DNA of 62,175 bases, filler included, from Asterionella formosa (taxonomy: Eukaryota), in NCBI GenBank assembly GCA_002256025.1. It is 20 parts of 20 records of this genome, joined end to end, with 100 filler letters (N's around TTAATTAATTAA, not from the genome) between each part and the next. Parts side by side here need not be neighbours in the genome. Positions count along the whole stretch, not along the records: positions 34,300 to 37,310 come from NKIB01014574.1; positions 37,411 to 40,420 come from NKIB01014575.1; positions 40,521 to 43,528 come from NKIB01014576.1; positions 43,629 to 46,636 come from NKIB01014577.1; positions 46,737 to 49,757 come from NKIB01014578.1; 15 more parts are not named here. One strand, given 5' to 3'. The stretch's first letter is position 1; each line of letters starts with the position of its first letter. The notes beneath the pieces are model-generated. The model saw only the letters and a program-made list of their open reading frames with translations, had not been told where the DNA came from and ran no database searches. This document shows positions 35,601-48,145 of the stretch, piece by piece. The position numbers and the translations under genes were made by a program.

Positions 35601-36151
35601 TGATGTTTCATCAAAAACCAGTTACTTCTTTGTCCCAATTACCAAGAAACGAAAACCAGCTACTAGACTCATCATTTGAGTCATCGTCTTCCCTGCAATT
35701 GTCTGCTCCTAGCAGCGAAAAGAACGATATCCAAAAACAAGCAACCAAAACCACAACCACAACCACAACATATGTTGAAAGGTCTCGTACTCCTTCCCGT
35801 CTGACGGGTTCCTCTTACGTAAAACTTACCTGCTATACCACTAGTATTGTTATCTTCTTTCTGCTGCTAGCCTTCGTGCTAGTTTTCGCTATTGACCTTA
35901 CTCTGTCAATTCTTACTGTTTCTTAATTATAAGATTAAACTAAAACTAAGTTTCAATCCCATTCATCACACTTCGAGAACCTGTTCTTCGTGTTCCCTTT
36001 TCGTTGATGTAAACCTTCTTCTGATTGATCTAAGACATCAATCTCGTTAGCAAGCTTCTTGACATGGGAACGCACCATTTGACTCATTGGACTATAGTCG
36101 AGTCCACAGTCCTTGTGACTCATTATAGCCATTGATGCTATATTCTTGACA
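35601..36151 (-). mobile_element. 3' LTR (~550 bp) of copia element
   Basis: Minus-strand PPT GAGGAGGA is directly followed by TGTCAAGAAT at 36151. A homologous LTR starts at the same base at 27568. The distal end (...AAACATCA) is approximate. Confidence 0.7.
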
Positions 36152-37310
36152 TCCTCCTCGTTACCATGTTCAAGAAGTTCTAAAATTGTACCACTCAGCA
36201 CAGGTCCAGATAACCTTGTAAAAATCTGCTCTTTGACATTCTTCGTCAAAATGTCTGCTGGATTGTTTTCTGATCTTAGAAAAACAATATGCAACTCACC
36301 CTCATCTATCATGTTCTTGACATGATGAAACTTAATATCAATGTGTTTTGTAGTGGACCTTGTTCCGTGATATTAAAATCCTCCTTGATCATATTTTTCA
36401 TGTAGTCCACTGCATTCCTGGTACCACAAATAATTCCATCATCCACGTAGTTTGCCAACAGCCCTTCAATTTGTCCATCGTTGTTACGGTAGATAAACAA
36501 CATTGGGTCTATTTCGCTTTTCGTTATACCTGTCTTGCTGGTGACGCACTTCGCGAATGTCTTGGACCAGCATCTTGGAGCTTGTACAATTCCATACATA
36601 GCCTTAATTAATTTGCAGATATGTATATTCTGATCGATCCCTGTCAATCCTTCTGGGGGCTCAATATAAATGTCTTCGTCGACGTCAGCATTTAAAAACG
36701 CTGCTTCAACGTCGATTGCTTCCGCTATCCAACCATAGTACAAAGTAACAGCCAGAACAGTTTTTATTGTAGCATCACTTGCAACAGGAGCGAATGTTTC
36801 AGTAAAATCAACTCCCGGGATCTGTTCATATCCCTTTACAACCAACCGTGCCTTGTATACTGTCTTTCCAGTTATCACGTCCTCCTTAATACGGAAGACC
36901 CATCTTGTCTTAAGAGCTCTCTTGTTCACGTCATTTCTCTTAACTATTTTCCATACTCCTCTTGCTTTGAAGTTTTCAAATTCTTTCTTTATAGCTTTCA
37001 TCCACTCTTTGCGATCAGGTCTTACCATTGCCTCATCATAACTATTTGGTAAACCTGGGTCCGATGCAAGACTTGCATTGAATACGAAATTTACTTCAGT
37101 TTCCTTATTCGAAGAAGCTTCCTCCTCAATCACATTTGGTAGTGAAGTGTCTGAAGTGAATTTAACATTTTTAGTTGGATTATACGATGAGTCCAACTTC
37201 TTCATTTCTCGTTCCAACTTTGCCTGTTGCTTCAAAACATTTCTCTTTTCTAGGTCAGAAATTTCATCACTCCATGAGGTAGATTTTCCTTTTTCAGTGT
37301 CTGCGGTTGA
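36152..37310 (-). mobile_element. Ty1/copia RT and RNase H tail with internal deletion; related to element at 18726-21743
   Basis: RT peptide is highly similar to the 18726-19740 copy (KARLVVKGYEQIPGVDFTETFAPVASDATIKTVL, YVDD). It jumps directly to KHIDIKFHHVK..FLRSENNPADILTK. Confidence 0.95.
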
Positions 37311-37439
37311 NNNNNNNNNNNNNNNNNNNNNNNNNNNNNNNNNNNNNNNNNNNNTTAATTAATTAANNNNNNNNNNNNNNNNNNNNNNNNNNNNNNNNNN
37401 NNNNNNNNNNGGTACCTGGTACCCTGGTACCTGGTCCGG

Positions 37440-37900
37440 GAATTCATGACAAGGTAATAGGCAATAGAATACGAAAATGATCACGTGACTACGACATATA
37501 CTAGCTGTGCAAATACTTTGGCTTTGGCTGTCACTACTACCGGTACATTCTACTATCTCTCGTCCAGCACGTACTAGGCAATAGAATACGAAAATGATCA
37601 CGTGACTACAACAAATACATGTGCAAATACCATTGACTATAGTAGTCCATATACATAATTCGCGTAGATTTCTTGCATGGTTTGAGGACTGGTTTGGTAC
37701 CATTATGTACCGGTAGTCAGGAAGGAAAAGCACATGTTTGTAGCCAGCCCGTAACCGTTGAATTTTCGTGATACTTTTTGGTGATACAATTTCATTTTTA
37801 TTTTTGTGGAGAATGGATTTTTTCGGTTTAAATCGAGTAGCCGTTACATGATACTTTTTCAAAAAAAATGATACCAAATCGAAAATGATAAGAACGACCC
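37440..37900 (-). mobile_element. Partial Tourist-like MITE (same family as 43629-44523)
   Basis: Reverse complement of 43629-44050. Ends in TIR aaatgataagaacgaccc followed by tta. Confidence 0.8.
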
Positions 37901-38051
37901 TTAAAAATGACTTACCGTTTTGTTCATTATGTAGCAGTACGGCGTGGTTTTACCGGTAGGTAACTTTTGTTCAAGTTGTGTACATACCATCGTGATGGGT
38001 ACCTGCTACCAGGTACTGGGAGTTGACGGAAACTCCGAAGTACGAAACTTA

Positions 38052-38215
38052 CGTGGACAAAAAAGAATTATTGCACTTTACTTTGTCTATGACAAGAAAA
38101 TATTTGGGTGTTTGGTTCCACCTCGAGAAAAATGTACAAGGGGGTCCAGCTACCAAACACCCAATAATTTTCTTGTCATAGACAAAGTAATGTGCTATAA
38201 TTCTTTTTGTCCTCG
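38052..38215. mobile_element. 164-bp mariner/Stowaway-type MITE with TA target duplication
   Basis: TA|cgtggacaaaaaagaatta...ttactttgtctatgacaagaaaat..ttgggtgtttggt is mirrored to ...taattctttttgtcctcg|TA. Confidence 0.85.
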
Positions 38216-38639
38216 TAGGCACTAGTACATAATAATTTAGCAACCATTTTGCGATTCTTTTTTACATACAAAACACAAGAGACGACAGGTAGTGGCTGTG
38301 AGCAGTTGGAGAATCCTTCATGATGTTGTCGCAACCTTGACCATGACGAAAATACGAATTATCTCCACGAAAATAGAGAACGACGCTTTGCTACTTGCTA
38401 CCTGTATTAAGAACGACATGGAAAATACAATCGTAAAAGAAGTAAAGTAATAACACTAATAATGACAACGAAAATTGAGATCGCCGATAACAACATGAAG
38501 TCGCGTTTTTCTTGCGAGGTGTAGAACTCTCTCATTTTTCTCAAGACGGAAATAATTGTCATATTGATACATCTTAGAAAAATTTGCGCTATCCTGTAGA
38601 ACTAAAGAAATTTACTTCGGTCCATTATAAGGGAAATCT

Positions 38640-38723
38640 CTTCATTGTCCTGGGCCCCCCCTTAAGTAAAATCAGTCAAATTCAGTCACGGCAGTGTACA
38701 TTGGGGGGTCCAGGACAATGAAG
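38640..38723. mobile_element. 84-bp mini-MITE hairpin
   Basis: cttcattgtcctgggcccccc ... ggggggtccaggacaatgaag|ta. Confidence 0.75.
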
Positions 38724-38802
38724 TATACGGTACTCCATTTAGATGGATTTAGGTAATGTTGTTTCTCTTATGTTAATCTCTTCATACATAAATATACAGG
38801 TA

Positions 38803-39004
38803 TGTTGATCAGACCGGCCGAAATTCTGACGTGGTCACCTCGACAGAATTCTTCTTCCCGATTTTCCTCGGAACTAAATATTGCATGGTTTATAACACTT
38901 TATAATTTTAGTTTGTGTTTTCTCCTTCTTTGATCGTCGCTTCATACTCTTTGTATTCCTCATGAGCCTCTTCAATCGTTAGTGTGTTTGTTGAGATCGG
39001 AACA
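38803..39004 (+). mobile_element. Probable 5' LTR (~200 bp) of the downstream CoDi-like element
   Basis: TGTT...AACA termini about 320 bp upstream of a gag ATG. No second LTR is available to confirm it. Confidence 0.45.
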
Positions 39005-39322
39005 GTTTATCAGACCCATCGCACTCGAAAGAGGGAAGAAGAGGTTTGAGAAGAATCGGACGATAGCAACTGCGATTGCGCCATTGTGAGCAACAAGTGC
39101 CGGAAGTTGCGCCGGTGACAAGCATAACAAACAGTCACAGTATCTCACTGTCTAAACAGCAGATCATCCAACTTTGGAGTGACAGGTCAAAGGGACCGTA
39201 AGACACAGGGTGTCATCGTTCACACATTTTGTCATTGTGACATAAAATCCCACCGGAAGAGGGATTGTGTGCTGGTGTTGTTGGATAGATTCCACTCATC
39301 AAAGAACATATATAAAGTCGGC

Positions 39323-40420
39323 ATGGCCGAACAAAACGACGATCGCCCAGGCGAAAGAGAACATTTTAAAAATGCACTGATCCACGTGGTGCAATTAAAT
39401 GAAGCACAAGCAGATCGTTTGATCATGCAAGACATTTCAATGTCATCCGAGCTCTCATATGTTGATGACGAGACTCTTATGTTATGTTTCCAAGCTAATA
39501 ATCGTCCTACAGCTGGAAAGAAAATGCGACTGATGGCATTTAAGATGTGGATCAGAGAACAACAGGCAAATGAAGGTTTCGGAAATGTTTCTTCAAACTA
39601 TTTTACAAATGAAGAACTAACAAAAATGCTTGAACAGGTTGGAAATGGCCAAAAACGCACCATTGACGCATCACAAAGAAACAATGTCCGTGATATTAAA
39701 GAACCTGAACCATGGCTTGGCAAACCACAAGATTGGCGTAAGCGAAAACGAGAGCTCATTGCTTATATGGCTAAACGCCGCAATTGCAACAATGTCCCTT
39801 TTCTTTACCTCATAAGAGAAGAACAAGGATATATTGAAACTGATGACAATGACATGAGTGTGATCATCAGGGATACACCACATCACGGAAGTGTCTATCA
39901 AGCAGACAACTATGAATTCTTCCAAGTGTTAATTAGCTGGACAAGTGGTGGCACGATGGAAGCACTTGTTGACCGTTACCGTTCCACCCAGGATGGAAGA
40001 TCAGCATGGCAGATGATTATAACGATGATGGACGGTCAAGATTCACGCAATGCTAGGATTAAGGATGCAGATGCGAGAATTGATAATGCATTCTACAGAG
40101 AAGACAGATCTCAATTCACATTCGAACAATATTGCGCAGTCCATATAACTTCCAACATTGAAATGGAAGAATTAAATGTCCAACGTGATGGTTTTACACA
40201 AGTTCGTAAATTTCTGGATGGTATCAAACACCAGAGCATGCAAGGACTTAAATTCCTAATTATGGACAACGAGAAAACAAAAGCAGACCTCCAAGCTGCA
40301 GTAATCAAAATGAAGGACCTCTGGAACCAGTCAAAGCCTGCTGCTGCCTCATCCTCAAACACACGTAATCGTGACGAACGAAATATAGGCAACGCAAACT
40401 TCCGCGCATTCAGGGGTGGC
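39323..40420 (+). mobile_element. gag of a CoDi-like copia retrotransposon (3'-truncated)
   Basis: Uninterrupted ORF: VPFLYLIRE, GSVYQADN.EFFQ, QDGRSAW, FTFEQYCAVH, VRKFLDGIK. Confidence 0.8.
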
Positions 40421-41214
40421 NNNNNNNNNNNNNNNNNNNNNNNNNNNNNNNNNNNNNNNNNNNNTTAATTAATTAANNNNNNNNNNNNNNNNNNNNNNNN
40501 NNNNNNNNNNNNNNNNNNNNAAGAAGTTTTCAGCAATTAACAAGTTGATGAACCAACAGAAATGATGCAGGATGTGCACCTAAGAGGTAGGAGGGAGGAA
40601 GCAATTCGGTCACTATTGTAGTCTTTCTGTTACACCAAAAACGATTTGTTCTTTGGTAGGAATGCAAAGTTGGAATTAGGTTTGTAAGGTGGCTAAAAAT
40701 GTTACATTTTGCAGGATACAGTAAGAAAGGTGGAGTATTGTTGCTTGGCAAAGCATTGTGTGGGATATGATGACTGCCCTACTTTGAGCTGCATTCTTTT
40801 CATTGCCACATTGCAAATTGACAAAATGTATGAGGTTTATATTCCAGATAGAACAGTGCCACAGATTAGATTGCCGATCAATTTATATCTGCTGATCATC
40901 ACACTGGTAGTATGTATTTAGGTTATTATTACACAGATGCATGATTTCATACAGGTGTATCAGGGTACCTGGTACCAGGTACTGTATTTACATTATTTTT
41001 TCACCATTTTCCATCAGCTACCTTCAGTAATCAGTACTGTATGGCTGCGCGCCAGATGTTGTGATGATATCAGTCTCGCAACCACAGGCAGGTCAAAACA
41101 GCTGTAGGTAGTACAACCCATTCCTTTGTTCCGCTTCTTCATCAGTCAGTGTGAGCATCCATTGCCTTGTCCAAGTGTTTCAGTTTTCCGGCTCCTGTAG
41201 TTGTAATTTAAGAA

Positions 41215-41679
41215 ATGATTAACTACCCAGCGACAAGTTCTCTCTTTGTATATGGCACTCTCATGTCTCCTCAAGTTCTTCGAGTTTTGATTGGACGTTT
41301 GCCAGAACTCGTACACTCTGCAACACTGGAAGGGTATCGACGGCATCCTGTAAAGGGACAGAGCTTTCCAGGTATGATCGCTGGAGTTGGCAGTGTCCAG
41401 GGAATGTTACTTAAGGAGTTGACAGTATCTGAAATGAACGTACTAGATTGGTTTGAAGGCGAAGAATATACCCGGAAGGACGTAAATATTCAATGTGGTA
41501 CAACTTTAGAAATAACGCAAACCTATGTTTGGTCCAACCCATTGTCCGATTTGGACACCTTGTCCGAGTGGAGCTACGAGGACTTTTGCGATTTTCGTTT
41601 GGACAGCTATCTCAGTCACACTGTCAAACCTTGTCGTATCAAGCTAAATGAACTCGCAATTGGAGTCTATGATCACTAG
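41215..41679 (+). CDS. Gamma-glutamylcyclotransferase / AIG2-like protein
   Basis: LFVYGTLM motif, ATLEGYRRHPVKGQSFPGM, LDWFEGEEYTR; intact 154 aa. Confidence 0.92.
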   Translation: MINYPATSSLFVYGTLMSPQVLRVLIGRLPELVHSATLEGYRRHPVKGQSFPGMIAGVGSVQGMLLKELTVSEMNVLDWFEGEEYTRKDVNIQCGTTLEITQTYVWSNPLSDLDTLSEWSYEDFCDFRLDSYLSHTVKPCRIKLNELAIGVYDH

Positions 41680-41863
41680 CAAGAGTGGACAATATCGCAT
41701 AGTGTGCTTTACGACAAAAATGTATTTTAGAATTGATTTAAGGGTACAAACCACGACCAACTTCCGTGCTAATACTTCCGCAATAGCATTGAGATATCCA
41801 ACCTACAAAAGATTCCTACACTGCAATTTCTTTCACAGTCCACCGCATCGTCTAGAGGAATGC

Positions 41864-42448
41864 CTACAATGAAACAAGGAAGCATCCAGCAGTGATAAAG
41901 GAAAGGAGAAAGTTGATGAGGAGCCCTCTCCAGATCCAAACGCTCAAAAAATGTGTGTATCGCTTCTCAGGTCCATGCTCTAGATAGGCGGTTGACCAAC
42001 CAACCCGTCCCCAAGCCCACAACAACGTAGAAACAGCGGCAGTTACTGGAAAGGCAGTAGCACTAATCAATGAGACAAAGAACATTTGAGTAATCGTTTC
42101 CAGCACGTGCTGATGAGCACGCTGGGCGTTGTTGACAGCCTTGGCGTTTTCGGACGTTCCGAACACATACAAGTTGGGGTAACTGTAGCGTTCCAAGTCT
42201 TTTTCGCCAGTTGCTTCTGCCAAGGCACAGTACTTGCTGCGGGCTTGACCCACTTTCATGCCAAAGAGTGTCATCCAAAAGGAATAGCCAGTCAGGATGG
42301 CAATGACAAGTCCGAAAGCATGGGGGAGAGCAGGAATGACTCCAGATGGCTCATACAAGTACGGGATGGTCTTGGCAAGAAACTTCGTTTCTACAATAGG
42401 GCCGATAACCGCGAAAACGGCGGCTTCAATAAGAATCTTGATGGACAT
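41864..42448 (-). CDS. MAPEG family membrane protein (microsomal GST3-like)
   Basis: VGQARSKY...YPNLY...NNAQRAHQHVLE...GRVGWSTAY..GPEKR; about four TM helices. Confidence 0.92.
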   Translation of the reverse strand: MSIKILIEAAVFAVIGPIVETKFLAKTIPYLYEPSGVIPALPHAFGLVIAILTGYSFWMTLFGMKVGQARSKYCALAEATGEKDLERYSYPNLYVFGTSENAKAVNNAQRAHQHVLETITQMFFVSLISATAFPVTAAVSTLLWAWGRVGWSTAYLEHGPEKRYTHFLSVWIWRGLLINFLLSFITAGCFLVSL

Positions 42449-43628
42449 GCTTCCTCAAGTTGTTTGTCGTCAATTGGAAATTGATCCAATTGCGGCAGTG
42501 GCAAAAAATACTGGTACAATCTCTGCTGTTTACATCCCGGAACAGAGGCACATATCTCTACATAGCGTATACGGTATCTTCTTAGGATGAACAACTGTGA
42601 TCGAGGATCTCGTGCGTATTAACAATGTTTTTGGCCTCGTCATCGTAAATACTACCGGTACAATCGGAATGTACGTATTTGTGTGTAGAAACTTCCAGAA
42701 GCCGGATGAGCACTATAGAACAGGATCGAGCAGAACACAATCGAAGAAACCAGAATCGAAGCAAGATAATAGTAAGAATGAAATGAAAGAAAGTTGGAAT
42801 CAAAATACAGAGCCCAATGATAAAGTCTTAATCACCAGAGCAGTATCTCCACTCAATGTCCTAACTAAGTAGTAGCTGTGTTATTATCAAAGGGTTTTAT
42901 CGAAAAGTTCTATTTTTTACTCAAAAGGTCCATCAAACTTGCCAAACATTTCACTAAACCTCCATGCACCATTTCTACCACAATTTAACTCAGTAGTCAG
43001 AGGAAGAAGGCTTGCCAACCATCAGTTTGTGGCCTAGAAACAAGCCACAACAAGCACAACAACAAAATTCTACTTTTTTCATTGGTTTACAGCTGCAGTG
43101 ATAGATTGACAATGCTCCACAGCACAAAAATCACCACTTCAGCTCTGGATGTCACCACATATGTTAGGTTATCTTTGGAGGGCGAAGTTTTTTCTCTGCC
43201 TGGGCTGCTCATGCCAGGAAGTACTACACAGATTCCCCTACTAACAAGGAGTAGTTTTAAGGCACTATATAAATTGGATCCTTACATAGTTATTCAAAAT
43301 TATTCTATAGGAAGAATATTAGTATTCTTGTACATGTGCAGAATAGGCGATGCCTGCTCAATAGAGAAAACGAGGAAATATACAGGCAATTTCACGCTAA
43401 CAGCAACCTTTTGGCCATAATTCATAATTAACAATTTACGCAAGCAATGGAACAAAACAAGTATGTATGCTGATAGTATTCACTCGTCATATTCATCCGA
43501 TCAACTCTTTTGTAACAATAATTATTGTNNNNNNNNNNNNNNNNNNNNNNNNNNNNNNNNNNNNNNNNNNNNTTAATTAATTAANNNNNNNNNNNNNNNN
43601 NNNNNNNNNNNNNNNNNNNNNNNNNNNN

Positions 43629-44523
43629 TTTTTTTGAAAAAGTATCATGTAACGGATACTCGATTTAAACCGAAAAAATCCATTCTCCACAAAAATAAAA
43701 ATGAATTTGTATCACCAAAAAGTATCACGAAAATTCAACGGTTACGGGCTGGCTACAAACATGTGCTTTTCCTTCCTGACTACCGGTACATAATGATACC
43801 AAACCAGTCCTCAAACCATGCAAGAAATCTACGCGAATTATGTAAATGGACTACTATAGTCAATTGTATCTGCACATGTATTTGTTGTAGTCACGTGATC
43901 ATTTTCGTATTCTATTGCCTAGTACGTGCTGGACGAGTGATAGTAGAATGTACCGGTAGTAACAGCCAAAGCCAAAGTATTTGCACAGCTAGTATATGTC
44001 GTAGTCACGTGATCATTTTCGTATTCTATTGCCTAGTACTTTCTCATGAGTTCCCAATATCAGTACCAGGTACCAAGCACCAGGTACCTGTAATCAGATA
44101 CAGGGTATATCTCTAAGAACATGACTCAATCTGTTCAATTCTCGACACTGTGGTTGTCATTCTTTGGTGTTGTGGCTGAACATTGCCACACACGGCCGCT
44201 ACATGTAATGATTCTATGGTGCTTCTTTGATGCACATACCGTAATAATTTTTATGTATATTATATAGATGTCCATAAAAGTATTGCCCTGCAGGCTTTTT
44301 TTCGGTTATCTTGTCAGTGACAACGGAAATGATACCCGCGTGAAAACGTCAGTATCACTGATACCGTTTTTGGAGGGGGCAAAAAAGGTATCAATTTTGT
44401 ATCAATGATACAAAATTGATACCATCAAGTTACCGTTGCTGATACCGTGTTTTGATACCAACCGTCATTTTTTGCCCACAACCCGGAAATGATACAGCAA
44501 ATTCGGAATGATAAGAACAACCC
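43629..44523 (+). mobile_element. Tourist-like (PIF/Harbinger) non-autonomous element, ~0.95 kb
   Basis: Right TIR aatgataagaacaaccc|taa at 44507-44523. The left end, lost at the contig edge here, is seen in the 37440-37900 copy with the same TIR. Dense GATAC/GTATC subterminal motifs. Confidence 0.75.
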
Positions 44524-44623
44524 TAAGCAATATTTTAATTTTTGCCTTAGGAATGAAATGCAGGAACCTTAACCGTAGACTGGGAAGGTAAGGACAGTCT
44601 AGGGTACTCAAAGGACTGGCACA

Positions 44624-46116
44624 GTCCTTGCGCTCTGATAATAGAGATATTTTAGATTACCTCTCTTACAAACTTTAATTTTCAACAGTTAAATTTTCAT
44701 GCATATCGATGCATCCTCTTGTATGCTATGCTGCCTCTTGTTCATTATATGCATGAGTTCTATATATTCATCATCGTTGGTCACTGACCATGTCGACTTT
44801 CATCTCATCTCCTAATGATGATGATGATGACATTATGATCACATTGGCTGCTACTGTTAGTAGCAATGTGCTATCCACCAGTAAATAAGATGCCATCGTT
44901 CAGGGAAAGTTTGACTGTTGATGAGGTCAGAAGAAGAAGTGGCAAAATCCATCGCCACGCACTACAGCATCCATTATCAAGTCCATTCTGGACTTTGTTC
45001 AACGGCGAGCATGATGATGCTCTGATTACCTTGTGTGGGATTGACTATGCTTCTTTCGAGCTCCTACACCAGCTGTTCAAACCTTGTTTTTATTCCTTTA
45101 CTCCCTGTAGGAAAAATACGGATTTCATTGTTAGAAATTCAACAACAAAGAAAGGTTGGCAAAGATACCTCTGTTCCATCAGTTGTCTAGCGCTTGGGTT
45201 AGCATGGACCAGGACTCATGGTTCCTATATGATTCTTCAGATTATTTTCGGATTAACTCATGGTTCTTTGAGTGTTTGGTTGAGGTTTTCAAGGCGAATG
45301 ATTGTAAAAGTACTGCTGACACACGAAGATGCCGTTGTGAAACTGCCTACTGCAGACGAAGCCACCTTGTTTGCAACCATGATCAATCAGAAATACCCAC
45401 TTATAACAAATTGTTGGGGAGCTATGGATGGTCTGAAACTGACCCGCCTGCAACGGGCTGGAAATGAAACACATCAGAACAACTTCTACAATGGATGGAC
45501 TCATGAACACTACAATGTCACAAACTTGGGTTTTTTTCGCCTGATGGCAAAATTCGATGCTCATATTTCAATGCACCTGGTGTTCTACATGACTCCACCA
45601 TGGCAATTTGGTCATCGGTCTATGATCAGATTAAAACAGTTTACAGGGATACAGGTAAAAAAGTAGTTGTGGATTCAGCATTTGCATCTAAGAACAATTC
45701 AAATGCAATGCTGAAATCCCATCAAAATAATGTTGATGCAAATGATAATCCTTGAACAAAGTTTTGGTATCCACCGTCAAGCAACTTCAGTCAGACAGTC
45801 GTCCGAATGGGGAATGGGATTTCTTCAGGGGAGTTTTCCTAGGATGGAAGAGATGACGATCAATGTATTGAGGAGGTTGATTGATATGTAACAATATGCA
45901 TACCTAGTTCGGCAAGAGCAAGCCATTTCGAATATGAGCAAGCAAGTCTTGAAATATTCCGGGAAATTAAATGTATTCATTCATGAATAAACATGTTTTT
46001 AGTACTATAGATTGCACTGTTATGGACAACACAAATACAGATTTTGGGGTTATGAGTACAACAATTTATGTTATAATACACGTGATATAATATTTTTTTA
46101 TTATCAGAGTGCGCCC
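44624..46116 (+). mobile_element. PIF/Harbinger-superfamily transposon with frameshifted DDE_Tnp_4 transposase (~44790-45850) and right TIR
   Basis: LALGLAWTRT..LQIIFG, CWGAMDGLKL, FYNGWTH.HY, then other-frame NAPG..HDS and VVVDSAF, with stops and frameshifts. Ends ttatcagagtgcgccc|act. Confidence 0.88.
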
Positions 46117-46736
46117 ACTATCAATTTTGCTTACATTTCAACCCAACTGCAATCATCACACCCACCTTCCTATGGAATACTTAAGCTAATGATAAAAAAA
46201 ATTAAAACTTCACTTATTGGAGTTGCATGCAGAGCGTGGCAAAGGCGAGGTGTGGATGCTCGCTGCTGGTGATGGTGGCATCAGTGGGGACCGGTGACAA
46301 GCAAAACAAATTTCAAATATGGGGGCATGATTGCTTGATAAATTTCAAAGTCGGGGTCTCAAAGGTGCTTGGCATAAGTGTACATACTTACAGACTGTGT
46401 GCATCACGGAATCCCGTAATACACACCAGGTGCGTCACTTTATGTTTGGAATGCCTTAAAACAATCAGCACCCTTACGGCTGTGCGGAGGTTTTGGACTG
46501 GCCAATTGAGGAAGACCAGCCCCAAAGGAGGGATACTGGCTATAGCTGAGATATAACTGTGGCAGAAGAAGAAAAAAAGGGGGGGGGGGGGGGGGGGGGT
46601 GTTGGGGGGGGGGAGGGTGGGGGGGGGGTGGGGGTGNNNNNNNNNNNNNNNNNNNNNNNNNNNNNNNNNNNNNNNNNNNNTTAATTAATTAANNNNNNNN
46701 NNNNNNNNNNNNNNNNNNNNNNNNNNNNNNNNNNNN

Positions 46737-47870
46737 TACCTTATGGACGCAGAGAGAGCGCGCTACCAAGGGCTTCAAACTAATACCAAAGCGAAGTACA
46801 CTCACGTCTTCCGCATTTGGAAAGAATTCCTGGGCTCCATCGGATTCTGCGCTGCCACTGACCCTTTCCTTGTCCACCTCTCCCCGGAAAACCGCACCCA
46901 ACTCATCGGAGCCTTCGCGCACGCCATCCTGCAAGCCGAGTTCAGCGCACATCGAGACACTCCTCTGGCATCGGCAACAGTCCGCGATACCATCGCATCT
47001 CTTTCGGCGACCTTTGTGGAGCATGACCGACCCGACCCCACTATCAACATACACGGAAAAACTCACCGAATTTTACGCCTCCAGCTGTCGGCCTACAGAC
47101 ATACCGATCCAGCCGTCAAACACCAGCGGGCGTTAACAATTGACTTTATTTTAGATGTTTGCCTGGGTCCTCTAGCCATCCTAGCCTTTTTCTTCGCAAT
47201 GCGCTCCTGCGAATACCTGACGATCACTGGAGAACGCCGCACCAAATTACTCCGAGTCCAGGATCTACGTTTCTTTCAGGATTGCACTGACATCACCCAT
47301 GACTACACAACCAATCATCTCGCCGACATCATCTGCATCACATTTCGCGATCAGAAGAATGGGGAAAAGGATGAAGCCATCACCCTAAGTCGCACTTCGG
47401 ACCCCATCATGTGCCCGGTACGCCAAGGGGCTTGTATCGTCAACAAAATACTGAACATTCCAGGCACCAACACCTCCTTGGCGATTAACACCTACATGTC
47501 AGGGACACAAACTTACACACTCAAAGCCGAGACCGCGATAAAAAGAGTTCGCACACTGGCTACAACGCTTGGACGGGACCACCTTGGTTATGACCCACTG
47601 GACATTGGACTACATTCGATTCGCAGTGCGGCGGCCATGGCGATGATACTTTCTGGGGTACCAAACTACATGGTGATGCTCGTAGGAAGATGGAAATCCG
47701 ACGCATTTCTAATTTACATTCGCAAGCAAGTGGCGGAATTCACGAAGACTGTCAGCCAAAAGATGATCACAACTACCACCTTCTTTCACCCCCAAGACAA
47801 CACACCAGCATTTACATCTCGGTCGACAATGGCAGGGCGAGACGCGCATGCCACGGCTCATCTCACATAA
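46737..47870 (+). mobile_element. Tyrosine recombinase of a DIRS/Ngaro-type retroelement (Crypton not excluded)
   Basis: Intact catalytic signature: FFFAMRSCEY (R), IGLHSIRS (H-x-x-R), GRWKSDAFLIYIR (W, Y); also FRDQKNG and CPVR. Confidence 0.9.
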
Positions 47871-48145
47871 TTCGTCGTGACTCGAAAGTGGCTCAGCAAA
47901 GCGCAACTCGACTGCCGCAGAACCCGGAGATTGGATCCGGACCTCAAACCCGGATTCGGGAATGGGACACGATTACTTAGCACCGAATTCAAAAAACCAT
48001 TTATGCTATTTCTACTTAGTATTCCTGGCTCATTATTCTATTATTCTATTGATCGCTTTCATCTATTCCAGCGATTTATCTACGAAGCTACAACAGACTA
48101 AATATGGAGAAAGACGAAATGGAAAAGACGGTAATTGTGTCGAAG

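Noticed and set aside
35582..35926. 114-aa ORF with hydrophobic tail (env-like?)
   Set aside because: It is antisense within an LTR and low complexity, with no support for coding.
37359..37877. 172-aa ORF (and the 160-aa twin at 43634-44116) as a protein gene
   Set aside because: It lies in a MITE with internal repeats, has no credible start and no domain; similarity between the two only reflects repeat copies.
46579..46636. G-rich tract / G-quadruplex
   Set aside because: It lies at a contig end and is typical of low-quality or poly-G sequencing artefact.
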